From Desulfobacterales bacterium (lineage in GTDB: Bacteria; Desulfobacterota; Desulfobacteria; Desulfobacterales; UBA5852), in NCBI GenBank assembly GCA_963674755.2, contig CAXXVS010000003.1, positions 1,120,001 to 1,184,000 of the forward strand: a stretch of 64,000 nt of DNA, in the 5' to 3' direction. This document shows, in pieces, positions 29,156 through 38,143 of the stretch. Each line of letters begins with the position of its first letter. Position 1 is the stretch's first letter. Made by a program: the position numbers and the translations under genes. The notes below the pieces were generated by a model that saw only the letters and a program-made list of their open reading frames with translations, was not told where the DNA came from and did no database searches.

Positions 29156-29532
29156 GATTCTTCGTCGATAATAATCTTAGTGTAAATATTGTGCTTGGCT
29201 TAAGGGCATTTGGGGAAGATGTTACACACTTAACCGAATGTTTCCCACCTGAAGTACAAGATGTCGAATTGTTAAAATATATTGGTGAAAAAGGGTGGTT
29301 TTTAATAACAAGGGACGAAAGAATTCGATACAATGTTGCAGAGTTTGCCGCACTAAAGAGATATAAGGTCGGTGCTTTTTTTATAGGTGGAAAGAATAGG
29401 GGCCGATGTGAGTTAATTCGGCAAATTGTCAGAAATTGGCCGCGCATAAAAGAACAAGCCGCAAAGAATAGAACACCCTTTGCATACAAGGTACCCCCTA
29501 CTGGTACTAAGTTTAAAAAATACCCACTTTAA
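29152..29532 (+). CDS. Putative PIN-like toxin (VapC45/DUF5615-like)
   Basis: RFFVDNNLS, D.E.L, LITRD.RIR; ATGA overlap with the upstream gene. Confidence 0.8.
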   Translation: MRFFVDNNLSVNIVLGLRAFGEDVTHLTECFPPEVQDVELLKYIGEKGWFLITRDERIRYNVAEFAALKRYKVGAFFIGGKNRGRCELIRQIVRNWPRIKEQAAKNRTPFAYKVPPTGTKFKKYPL

Positions 29533-29586
29533 AATAAGGAGGCCCAGGGAACGACGGGAGGGGACGGGTTTGATGCGTTTTCCACC

Positions 29587-30470
29587 ATGCCACGTCAATC
29601 CCGATTGGACGCACCAGGCGCCCTGCACCATATCATCGTTCGCGGTATCGAGCGGCGCAACATCTTTGCCGACGATTGTGACCGATATGATTTTATCAAC
29701 CGGTTGGGCGTTATTGTTAAAGAGACTTATACCGTCTGTTTCGCCTGGGCCCTGCTTCCCAACCATTTTCATCTTTCCTCTGCCAAGAGGACAGCTACTT
29801 CCTGGAGTTGGTGCGCTATATCCATTTGAATCCGCTAAGAGCCAAGTTGATCCCGGATATGAATGCCCCTGGTCGATATCCCTTTTGCGGCCGTAGCGTC
29901 ATCATGGGCCAAACCCAACAATCCTGGCAAGATATCGATAAAGTGCTCAGCTATTTCGGAAAGCAAAGGGGGCCAGGGCGGCGGAGCTACCGCGCGTTTG
30001 TCTCGAAAGGAATAGAGCAGGGAAGACGATCGGATTTCACCGGAGGCGGATTGATTCGGAGCCAGGGTGGCTGGGAGGCGGTCAAAAGCCTACGAAAAAC
30101 CGGAGATCACCGCGAAAGCGATGAACGTATCCTTGGCGATAGCGTTTTCGCCAAAAAAGTGCTGGCATAAAGTGAGGAGGTCTTGGAGCGAAAGTATGCC
30201 CTGCAAGCAAGGGGCATTGGCATTGAAGACATGGCCGAACGCGTGGCACATTTGCTCGGAATGACCTACGATGAGGTATGGCTTCCCGGAAAATACCAGA
30301 AACAGGTAGCTGCACGCAGCCTGTTGTGTTTTTGGGCGGTAAACGAATTGGGATTCAGCGTGACCGCCCTTGGTAAAAAATTAGGTATTTCCGTGCCTGC
30401 CATCAGCAAGTCGGTACGGCGTGGCGCTGCGATCGCTCACGAAAATAGCTATATGATTTTCCGAAGTTAA
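29587..30470 (+). pseudogene. RAYT-like / IS200-type Y1 (HUH) transposase with C-terminal HTH, inactivated
   Basis: MPRQSRLDAPGALHHIIVRGIER...LPNHFHL, then internal deletion plus frameshift (~29776) to CQEDSYFLELVRYIHLNPLRA; in-frame TAA at 30168; C-terminal ARSLLCFWAVNELG. Confidence 0.85.
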
Positions 30471-30502
30471 GAAAGCAGGGGCGTCCCCTCCATATGTCCC
30501 CT

Positions 30503-30766
30503 GTGGGAGTCGGATCAACCCATAGTACTCTGAGACGGTCGCGCCGATTACATGGGGAAGGGGTTGACAGTGGTACGCAGCCCTCAAAGGAAACTCGTAC
30601 CGGACAAAGTCGGGCTGGAACACTACGAGCCAACCTCACTGAGGGGAACAGCAACGTTCCAAAACTGGAATCGCGGAAGCGAGTACCATTGAGGAGCCCG
30701 GTGCGGGAATACCGCACGCCGGGATCTGTGCGGGGGGTGCCGGGTAACCGGCATTCCTACCGCGAC
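30503..30766 (+). mobile_element. Group II intron remnant (about DII-DIII, start of DIV, intact DV-DVI; RT ORF deleted, DI missing)
   Basis: ggagtcggatcaacccatagtac...ggggaaggg; DV gAGCccggtgcgggaataccgcacgccgggatc (from 30694); DVI ggggtgccgggtaaccggcattcctAcc ending in AC. Confidence 0.85.
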
Positions 30767-30789
30767 TACTCAATACACTATATAAAAAT

Positions 30790-31428
30790 ATGAAGGAACA
30801 GGACCATACATTGAAAGAAGACGTAGCAATTGGAGGCCATAGATGGATTTATGAAAATCTTATCGAACAACTTCGAAATACGGATATTGCCACTTCAGCA
30901 AAGCATCTTGATCTTACCCTGAATGACGCCGGAGAAGCCAAGATCCCGTTTTTGGGTGCGAATTTCCTCATATCCAATGAGGGCGTACGACGGGCGGATG
31001 GAAAGGGGGTCAACGATGCAATTGGAAGTATATTAATTCACTACATTTTGAAAGGCAGTAGCAGTCGGGCGGCTGGTAATTTTATAAATTTTGTGGAACT
31101 TGCGGGTCCCCTTTTCAAACAAAGTAGCTATTCCAGTAGCGCTTTAGAGAGGCCCATAATAAAGCGGTTCCAAGGACGCGTTCCGGAATTATTTGAAGTG
31201 GCGGCATTGTATGGCGGACACCAAGGAGGAGAAGCAGGCTTAGGCTCGGTGAGCTTAATTTTCGATTTGCTTCCGCACATTTTATTACAACTTATTTTCT
31301 ATGACCGAGACGATGAGTTTCCTGCGAGGGCAACCTTATTGTTCGATTCCAACTCGACTCAATTTATCGATTTTGAAGTTTTGGCCGTACTGGTGACCAT
31401 ATTCGTTCAGGCCCTTACGAAACCATGA
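30790..31428 (+). CDS. DUF3786-like hypothetical protein
   Basis: IPFLG, LIHYIL, INF.EL.G, LLPHI.LQLIFYDRDDEFPARATLLFD pattern. Confidence 0.7.
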   Translation: MKEQDHTLKEDVAIGGHRWIYENLIEQLRNTDIATSAKHLDLTLNDAGEAKIPFLGANFLISNEGVRRADGKGVNDAIGSILIHYILKGSSSRAAGNFINFVELAGPLFKQSSYSSSALERPIIKRFQGRVPELFEVAALYGGHQGGEAGLGSVSLIFDLLPHILLQLIFYDRDDEFPARATLLFDSNSTQFIDFEVLAVLVTIFVQALTKP

Positions 31429-31565
31429 GTTTGGTTATGGAATAATCGTATAACCTTTGCTTTGAGAGAGACTTTTGCTATGCCATGGCTTGTTGATGTT
31501 ATAAAGAATGCGTATATCACTTGAATGATCATCGGATGGTTGAAACTGGAAAAGAAAGGCGAGCC

Positions 31566-31823
31566 ATGGGCAATCTGGATGGGAAAAAGCTACCCACTGT
31601 CGAACAGGTGGAAACCATCATGGCGGAATATGGAACATCATCCATCAAGGATTTTGCCGACCGCTTCGGGATTGAAGAAGTCGTGGTCGAGGCCACTATC
31701 GATAGTCTTCACCGCCTTCATAGGATCTCTGCAGAAGACGTCATACCCGCCATTGCCTGCTATAGGGACGACACGCTCGATTCTATCGTTCGATGTGCGG
31801 GTTCAAAGCACGGTTATGAATAA
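31566..31823 (+). CDS. Small hypothetical protein
   Basis: 85-aa ORF with AAGG RBS; no recognisable family. Confidence 0.55.
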   Translation: MGNLDGKKLPTVEQVETIMAEYGTSSIKDFADRFGIEEVVVEATIDSLHRLHRISAEDVIPAIACYRDDTLDSIVRCAGSKHGYE

Positions 31824-31910
31824 GCCGCAGGTTACCTACCACCCGTCTAACCGGCCTGAGGGTATTTAGGGGACTCTCGGAGGTCTATTCTCTAACTATT
31901 TCAATATATA

Positions 31911-31963
31911 ACGTTGTTGACTAAATGTACAAGAGTTGGATTTGTACACTTAGTCATCAACGT
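31911..31963. repeat. 22-bp imperfect inverted repeat
   Basis: acgttgttgactaaatgtacaa-9 nt-ttgtacacttagtcatcaacgt (20/22 complementary). Confidence 0.75.
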
Positions 31964-32021
31964 CCCTTTCCCCCCCCTTATTGTTCCCGTTATATTTCTA
32001 CTTATTTGATTCTGTCAGCAT

Positions 32022-32366
32022 GTGGAACGTCAGCTCCAGGAGAAGCATGATGTCCATCTCTACAACCTGTTCCTGCACCCCGAAAATGAGGATCGCGAGG
32101 TCAGCGCCTGGGGGTTGTCGCCCTCCGGCAGCCTGCTGGTTTGGATCGACTACGCCTTTGGCGATCCCGATTACATCCTGCAGCGTACCGCCGGGCGCTG
32201 GTCGAACATGAAGGAGGCGCTGCCGCTGATCAAGGACAATGTCAAGGGCCGCGTCTATTTCAAAGTGTTCGGGAAAACGAAAGACAAGTGCGGGCATCCG
32301 CAGGAGCACGGCGCGTTCGACGACTGCGACTTTCCCTTCTGGGAGCAGGCCTACTGGTGGCGGTAG
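32022..32366 (+). pseudogene. Probable 5'-truncated gene fragment
   Basis: GC-rich, codon-biased ORF beginning abruptly after AT-rich DNA without an RBS. Confidence 0.4.
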
Positions 32367-32500
32367 CCCGCATCGAAGCCTATGTCCGCGATGGACCGCC
32401 CACTCCCGTCGCTATGGTTGAGAGGCAATAAGAAAACTGCATGGAGGCAGGTCTACACGCTTCAATTTTCATTATGGGAGGGGAGGGGATTGGGACAGAA

Positions 32501-32872
32501 TCAGTCCCGGCCCAACCAAATGATCACCATCCCCACCAAAAATGCCATTAATGCGGAAGACATATCGCCGATCCAGGTAATGAGTTCGGCGATGCCCTTC
32601 CATTCAATAGCCTGTGCCATTGCTTCGACGGAAACCCCGACTTTTGAAAGCAGGCCGGAAAGGGGCAACGCAAGCCAATGGCCATTTTTAAACCAAAGTC
32701 CGATTTGAAAGAGAAAAATGCAGGCCGCCACCAATACGGCGAAGATACCGACAAAAATCAGAGAACATCCTGGCAGCCGATTACCTGATTTTCTTAACCG
32801 CTCCAATGCCTCCCGGTTATAGCCGGCAAAGATTTGATCGAAGTCTTTGGGGTCGTCTGGTTCTTGATTCAT
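32501..32872 (-). CDS. Hypothetical membrane protein
   Basis: MNQEPDD... with two to three hydrophobic segments. Confidence 0.55.
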   Translation of the reverse strand: MNQEPDDPKDFDQIFAGYNREALERLRKSGNRLPGCSLIFVGIFAVLVAACIFLFQIGLWFKNGHWLALPLSGLLSKVGVSVEAMAQAIEWKGIAELITWIGDMSSALMAFLVGMVIIWLGRD

Positions 32873-33075
32873 TTCACTGATCCCAAAAGCCGGAAATGAT
32901 GAAGATTGGCTCTTCCCTAAATTTCCGCGCAATGCTGCTGTCCTTATACAACTAAAGCGGATAGAGGGGAAAGAGGGGATGTCCTGAAGCCGAAAGGACA
33001 AGTAGTGATTTCGCTGATATCCGGCCTTTAGAAATACGCCTGCAAGTGAACCGGTGGAGAACAGACTTGTTGGAT

Positions 33076-33444
33076 ATGTTTGCGGCATTGGGTAAGTGGT
33101 TTTGGCTTGTTTGCATCCTCGTAACGTTCCTCAATGGTGCCATTTTCTGGATTCGGGCCAAAAAGCGAATTCAGCAGAGCCCGACATTGGCGAACGGGTA
33201 CCGAACGATTATCAAGGGTTTCGTGACCTGGGGGAATCTGCCTTGGGTCGTCATGGGGGTTGGATGCACCATCGGGGGTGTCCCATCGGTATGGCATTAT
33301 TTCAATCCCCGAGACGGCAATGGTTATATCCCGGCCTTTTTTGCATCCGTCGTTCTCCTTTGGATTATAGGAAGCTATTGGATATTTTTTCGCGGTGGCG
33401 CGAAGGCCTTGGTCGATCACCCAGGAATATTCAAGACGCCCTAG
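33076..33444 (+). CDS. Hypothetical membrane protein
   Basis: Three hydrophobic, Trp-rich segments. Confidence 0.6.
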   Translation: MFAALGKWFWLVCILVTFLNGAIFWIRAKKRIQQSPTLANGYRTIIKGFVTWGNLPWVVMGVGCTIGGVPSVWHYFNPRDGNGYIPAFFASVVLLWIIGSYWIFFRGGAKALVDHPGIFKTP

Positions 33445-33928
33445 CGCATGCTGGAGGCAGGCGGAATACGATCGCTCCGATAGCCTCCGCCAAAATTCCC
33501 AGCGCTTACTTAAATTCCTCTTGAATTAGCACGGTGAAAGTTTTAAGGGATAGGCAACCGGCAAGCATGGGCAGGACGGCCCCGTCCTGCGAGGGGGATC
33601 AGAAATGAGTATCGGCGTTCGGCGACGCCTATGTACCGATAGCCCACCCGACGACGGGCGGGTGCACGACAACTTGGAATAAATCCGACCGCGCTAGTCC
33701 AGCGCGGTTTTTTATTTGATGTCCATCCATAAACGGCATCGTATGGTCCCTGGCGGCGAACCCGCTTGTTTTCATTCCTCGAAGCAGCGAGCTATGCCTC
33801 CGGCTGACACCCACCGTTGGGAATCGATCAGCCGGTAAGTCCTGCAAAGCGGGAAGACGCGCCCGGGCCTTGCCGGGAACCAAAATCTACCCTTTATGGA
33901 CGGACGCTATCGGGAAAGGAGAATCGCC

Positions 33929-35044
33929 ATGCGAACGACCGTTTGGATTCTTTGCTTCGTATTTCTGGCCATGTGTTTTACCACCACCGCCGGCGCGGCC
34001 GACACTTTCGACGAGCAGGCGCTCTACCAGGCGGCCAAGGCCGAAGGCGAGGTGAACATCTATTCCTATTCATCGCGCGTTTTCAAATTCGGCAAAACTT
34101 TCGAAGAAAAGTATCCCGGCATCAAGGTGAACGGTTTCGACATGGACTCTCCCGAGATCGTCACCAAGATCCTGGCGGAGCAGGCGGCCAAAAATTACGT
34201 GGCGGATGTCATCTTCCTGAAAGATCCGGCCACCGTCATCAATGAACTCTACAACCGAAAGCTGGTCTTCAATTACGTGCCGCCGGATTTGGAGGCGGTG
34301 ATCCCGGCGGAATACAAAGAACCGCTTCTGGTGCATCACGCCAGCGTGGACGCGCTGATCTACAACACTGCGAAAATGAGTGCGCCCCCCATAACCTCGC
34401 TGTGGGATCTGGCCAAACCCGAGTGGAAAGGACGCGTCATTTTCCCCGATCCCCAGAAGCTGTCCGAATTTGTCGAGGTTTTGGCGACCATCGTCCAGCA
34501 CGCCGATGACATGGCCGCCGAATACCAAAAGGTGTTCGGCAAAGCGATCAAACTGAGCCCGGGTGTCGAGAATGCCGGCTACGAGTGGATTCTGCGGCTG
34601 CTCAACAACGATGCCATCATCCAGGGCTCCACCAACGATGTGGCCAAGGCGGTGGGCCTTTCCAGCCAGGACAATCCCCCCGTGGGATTTACGGCTTACT
34701 CCCGTCTGCGGGACAAGGAAAAGGACCCCAATCTCAAATTCGACGTGATGGTGAACGTGGCCCCGGTGATGGGGATCAGCACGGACGTGGTGGTGGGCAT
34801 CGTCAACGCGGCCAAGCACCCCAATGCCGCCAAGCTTCTGATTCATTGGATGATGGGCAATGCCAAGGGCGGAGAAGGCTACAAACCGTATTACGTGCTG
34901 GGGAATTTCCCCGTCCGCACGGACGTGCCGCCCCCCAAGGGGTCCAAGAGCCTGTCGGACCTGAAGCTGTGGAAAGCCGATCCGAACTACATTTGGTACA
35001 ATGGGCAAAAAGTGCTCGACTTCTGGTTGGCGCACCTTCAATAG
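33929..35044 (+). CDS. ABC transporter substrate-binding protein (Fe3+/thiamine/AfuA-like class)
   Basis: Signal peptide, AAKAEGEVNIYS, FEEKYPGIKV, LWDLAKPEWKG, AKHPNAAKL; AGGAG RBS. Confidence 0.9.
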   Translation: MRTTVWILCFVFLAMCFTTTAGAADTFDEQALYQAAKAEGEVNIYSYSSRVFKFGKTFEEKYPGIKVNGFDMDSPEIVTKILAEQAAKNYVADVIFLKDPATVINELYNRKLVFNYVPPDLEAVIPAEYKEPLLVHHASVDALIYNTAKMSAPPITSLWDLAKPEWKGRVIFPDPQKLSEFVEVLATIVQHADDMAAEYQKVFGKAIKLSPGVENAGYEWILRLLNNDAIIQGSTNDVAKAVGLSSQDNPPVGFTAYSRLRDKEKDPNLKFDVMVNVAPVMGISTDVVVGIVNAAKHPNAAKLLIHWMMGNAKGGEGYKPYYVLGNFPVRTDVPPPKGSKSLSDLKLWKADPNYIWYNGQKVLDFWLAHLQ

Positions 35045-35161
35045 GGCAATCGCAGGCAACGCAAGGCGGACGATGCCGGTTGCCGCAGGCGTCGGCGGAA
35101 GGCATGGATGCCGGCCTGTTCGGAATCGGGAATGGCATGCAAGCGGAGCTGCTCCGGGCCG

Positions 35162-36955
35162 ATGAAAACACGCAGGCTAATTTTAGGCTACAGCCGGTTT
35201 AAAAATTATATCCGCCGGCCTCATATCGTCATTGCGCTGGTTCTGCTGGTGATTCTGCTTTTCATCGTCCTCCTGCCGTTTGCCAAAATGGTGCAGGATT
35301 CCTTTGTCTGGCAGTTCGCCGATAGTCGCCTGTCGCGCGATGCCAATCCGGGAGGCTTTACCCTTTTCCACTGGAAGCGGGTCTTTGCCAGCGCGCTTAC
35401 TAAAAATACGCTGCTGCGCCCGCTCTATAACTCGCTTGCCATTTCGCTGAGCGTTTCCGCCGGTGCCATGGCCATCGGGGCCTTTTTAGCCTGGCTGGTG
35501 GCCCGCACCGATCTCCCCTTCAAAAAAACCATTACCACGGTGGCCGTGCTGCCGTACGTCATTCCGTCCTATATCCACGCGCTGGCCTGGCTCAATCTCT
35601 TCAAGAACGACCGCATCGGGGGGGCGGCAGGCGTTTTTCAGTATCTCACGGGGCTAAGCCCGCCGGACTGGCTCTCTTACGGGTATCTGCCCATCGTGAT
35701 AACGCTCTCTATCCATTATTTCCCCTTCACCTTTCTACTGGTGTCGGCGGCGCTGGCCAGCATCGATTCACGGTTGGAGGAATCCGGCGAGATTCTGGGC
35801 GCCTCACGGATCTATATCCTGCGGCGCATCACCTTCCCATTGGTGCTCCCGGCCCTGCTGTCCAGCTTCATATTGACCTTTTCACGCATCCTGGGCACCT
35901 TCGGGACACCTTACTTCCTTGGCACACCGGTGCGCTACTACACCCTGTCCACCCAGATTTACGCAAACATCATCAATCGCATCCCATCGGTGGGGTATAT
36001 CCTGGCCTTTGTGCTGATTGCGATTTCTTCGGTTATCATTTACTTCAACCAGCGTTTGATCGGCAAAGGCAAGAGCTACGTGACCATTGCCGGCAAGGGT
36101 TTCCAGATCACCCCGACGCCGCTGGGCCAATGGCGCTACCCTGCGCTGGGCATGGTCACCCTGCTATGCGTGATAGCGGTACTCATGCCGTTTGTGCTCA
36201 TTCTGTGGCAGACCTTTGCCCTTTATCCCAGCGATTATTCCCTGCGGCACCTGACGCTGCTGTTTTGGATCGGGGATGCCAATACGGCCTTTGCGGAAGG
36301 CGAGGCCGGCATCCTGCGCAATCCATTGATCATGGGGGCCGCATGGAACAGCATCAAGCTGGCCCTGACCGCATCGGTGCTTGCGGGATTGGTGGGCATT
36401 TTTATCGGCTACGCCGTCGTGAAGGGAAGACATACGCGGTTGTCCGCGGCCGTCGAACAAATGTCGTTTCTGCCCTATCTCGTCCCGGGCATCGCTTTCG
36501 GGGCCCTTTACCTGGCCCTGTTTTCCCACAACATCGGTCCCCTGCCGGCGATCTACGGCACGTTTTTCCTGGTGGCGCTGGTCTGCATCGCCAAAAACCT
36601 GCCGTTCACCGGCCGTGCCGGGATTACCTCCATGCTGCAAATCGGGAGCGAACTCGAAGAAGCCTCGGAAACCCTGGGCGCCCGGTGGACCATGCGCTTT
36701 CGCAAGATCATTTTGCCCCTGTCCATCCAGGGCGCGCTTTCAGGGTTTGTGCTCGTGTTCATCACGGTCATGCGGGAGCTTTCCCTGATCATTCTGCTGG
36801 TAACGCCGGAAACCCGTACCCTGACGACCATGACCTTTCGCTACCAGGAACAGGGCTACGCCCAGTTTTCCAGCGCCATCAGCGTCCTGATCATCGTCAT
36901 CGTGGTGGTGGGGGAATTGCTTTCCCGCAAGCTGGGCCGGAAGGGGTCGATATGA
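35162..36955 (+). CDS. ABC transporter permease (duplicated FbpB/AfuB-type)
   Basis: Two EAA loops (LEESGEILGAS; LEEASETLGAR), about 12 TM segments, ARTDLP. Confidence 0.93.
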   Translation: MKTRRLILGYSRFKNYIRRPHIVIALVLLVILLFIVLLPFAKMVQDSFVWQFADSRLSRDANPGGFTLFHWKRVFASALTKNTLLRPLYNSLAISLSVSAGAMAIGAFLAWLVARTDLPFKKTITTVAVLPYVIPSYIHALAWLNLFKNDRIGGAAGVFQYLTGLSPPDWLSYGYLPIVITLSIHYFPFTFLLVSAALASIDSRLEESGEILGASRIYILRRITFPLVLPALLSSFILTFSRILGTFGTPYFLGTPVRYYTLSTQIYANIINRIPSVGYILAFVLIAISSVIIYFNQRLIGKGKSYVTIAGKGFQITPTPLGQWRYPALGMVTLLCVIAVLMPFVLILWQTFALYPSDYSLRHLTLLFWIGDANTAFAEGEAGILRNPLIMGAAWNSIKLALTASVLAGLVGIFIGYAVVKGRHTRLSAAVEQMSFLPYLVPGIAFGALYLALFSHNIGPLPAIYGTFFLVALVCIAKNLPFTGRAGITSMLQIGSELEEASETLGARWTMRFRKIILPLSIQGALSGFVLVFITVMRELSLIILLVTPETRTLTTMTFRYQEQGYAQFSSAISVLIIVIVVVGELLSRKLGRKGSI

Positions 36956-37030
36956 TGGCGGGCCGCCCCTTCGGGAAACCTCGCGCAGGCGTCGGCGGAG
37001 ACGGCGCAATACTTGGAATGGAATACGGAT

Positions 37031-38143
37031 ATGGGAACGCCCCTCATCGAGGTTAAAAACTTAAGGAAAGTGTTCGGCAATGTGGTGGCGGTGGATGACG
37101 TCAGTTTTGCCATCCGGGAAAAGGAATTCCTCGCCCTGCTGGGGCCCTCCGGCTGCGGCAAGACCACGATCCTGCGCATGATTGCCGGCCTGGAGATGCC
37201 CACCAGTGGAGAAATCACCCTCAAAGGGCGGCCCGTTTTCTCCAGCCACCAAGGGGTCTTCGTGCCTGCCAGGGAAAGAGCGGTCGGCCTGGTCTTCCAG
37301 AGCTATGCCTTGTGGCCGCACATGACGGTCTTTGACAATATCGCCTTCGGGCTCAAGGTGCGCAATGAAAACGCCAAACGCATCGCGGAAAAAGTGGACG
37401 ATATCCTGGCCTACATGCAGCTTGAGGATATGCAGAAGCGCTATCCCCAGGAAATGAGCGGCGGCCAGCAGCAGCGGGTGGCCCTGGCCCGCATGCTGGT
37501 GAACAAGCCGGATATCCTCCTGATGGACGAACCCCTGTCCAACCTGGACGCCAAACTGCGCCTTGAGATGCGGGCCGAGATCAAGAATATTCATTCCCAG
37601 ACCGGCGCGACAACGGTTTATGTGACCCACGACCAGGTGGAGGGCCAGACCATGGCCAGCCAGATTGCCGTGATCAACCGCGGCCTCATCGAACAGATGG
37701 CATCCCCCAAAACCGTCTACAGTCGTCCGGCCAATCTCTTCGTGGCGGACTTCATCGGTTACCCCACCATCAACCTCATCGAGGGTCGGACCGGCCGCCA
37801 AGGGGAGGCCTGGGGTGTTTTCATCGAAGAGGGGCGGGGGTTTTTGGAGACCAGCTATAAAAATCTCCCCTCCGACATGAAGGTGGTGGCGGGCATAAGA
37901 CCGGAAAACATCCGCATTGCCGCGCAACCGCAGCTGAATGGCCTGGAGGGCGAGGTTCGCACCGTCCTTGCGGCCGGGCCCGAAACCGTGCTGCGCGTGC
38001 GGTGCGGCGGCCAAACCTTCAACCTCCTCGCTTCCCAGGAGATCAGCCTGTCGTCGGGAGCCAGGATCAACCTGGTCCTGCCGCCGGACAGCATTCTTGT
38101 TTTCGACCAGGAAACCGGACGATTGATAACCGATGCGGCATGA
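37031..38143 (+). CDS. ABC transporter ATP-binding protein with TOBE domain
   Basis: GPSGCGKTT, MSGGQQQRVAL, LLMDEPLSNLD, YVTHDQ. Confidence 0.96.
   Translation: MGTPLIEVKNLRKVFGNVVAVDDVSFAIREKEFLALLGPSGCGKTTILRMIAGLEMPTSGEITLKGRPVFSSHQGVFVPARERAVGLVFQSYALWPHMTVFDNIAFGLKVRNENAKRIAEKVDDILAYMQLEDMQKRYPQEMSGGQQQRVALARMLVNKPDILLMDEPLSNLDAKLRLEMRAEIKNIHSQTGATTVYVTHDQVEGQTMASQIAVINRGLIEQMASPKTVYSRPANLFVADFIGYPTINLIEGRTGRQGEAWGVFIEEGRGFLETSYKNLPSDMKVVAGIRPENIRIAAQPQLNGLEGEVRTVLAAGPETVLRVRCGGQTFNLLASQEISLSSGARINLVLPPDSILVFDQETGRLITDAA

Noticed and set aside
30790..33444. Integron cassette array
   Set aside because: The small orphan genes have mixed orientation, and neither attC sites nor an integron integrase could be identified.
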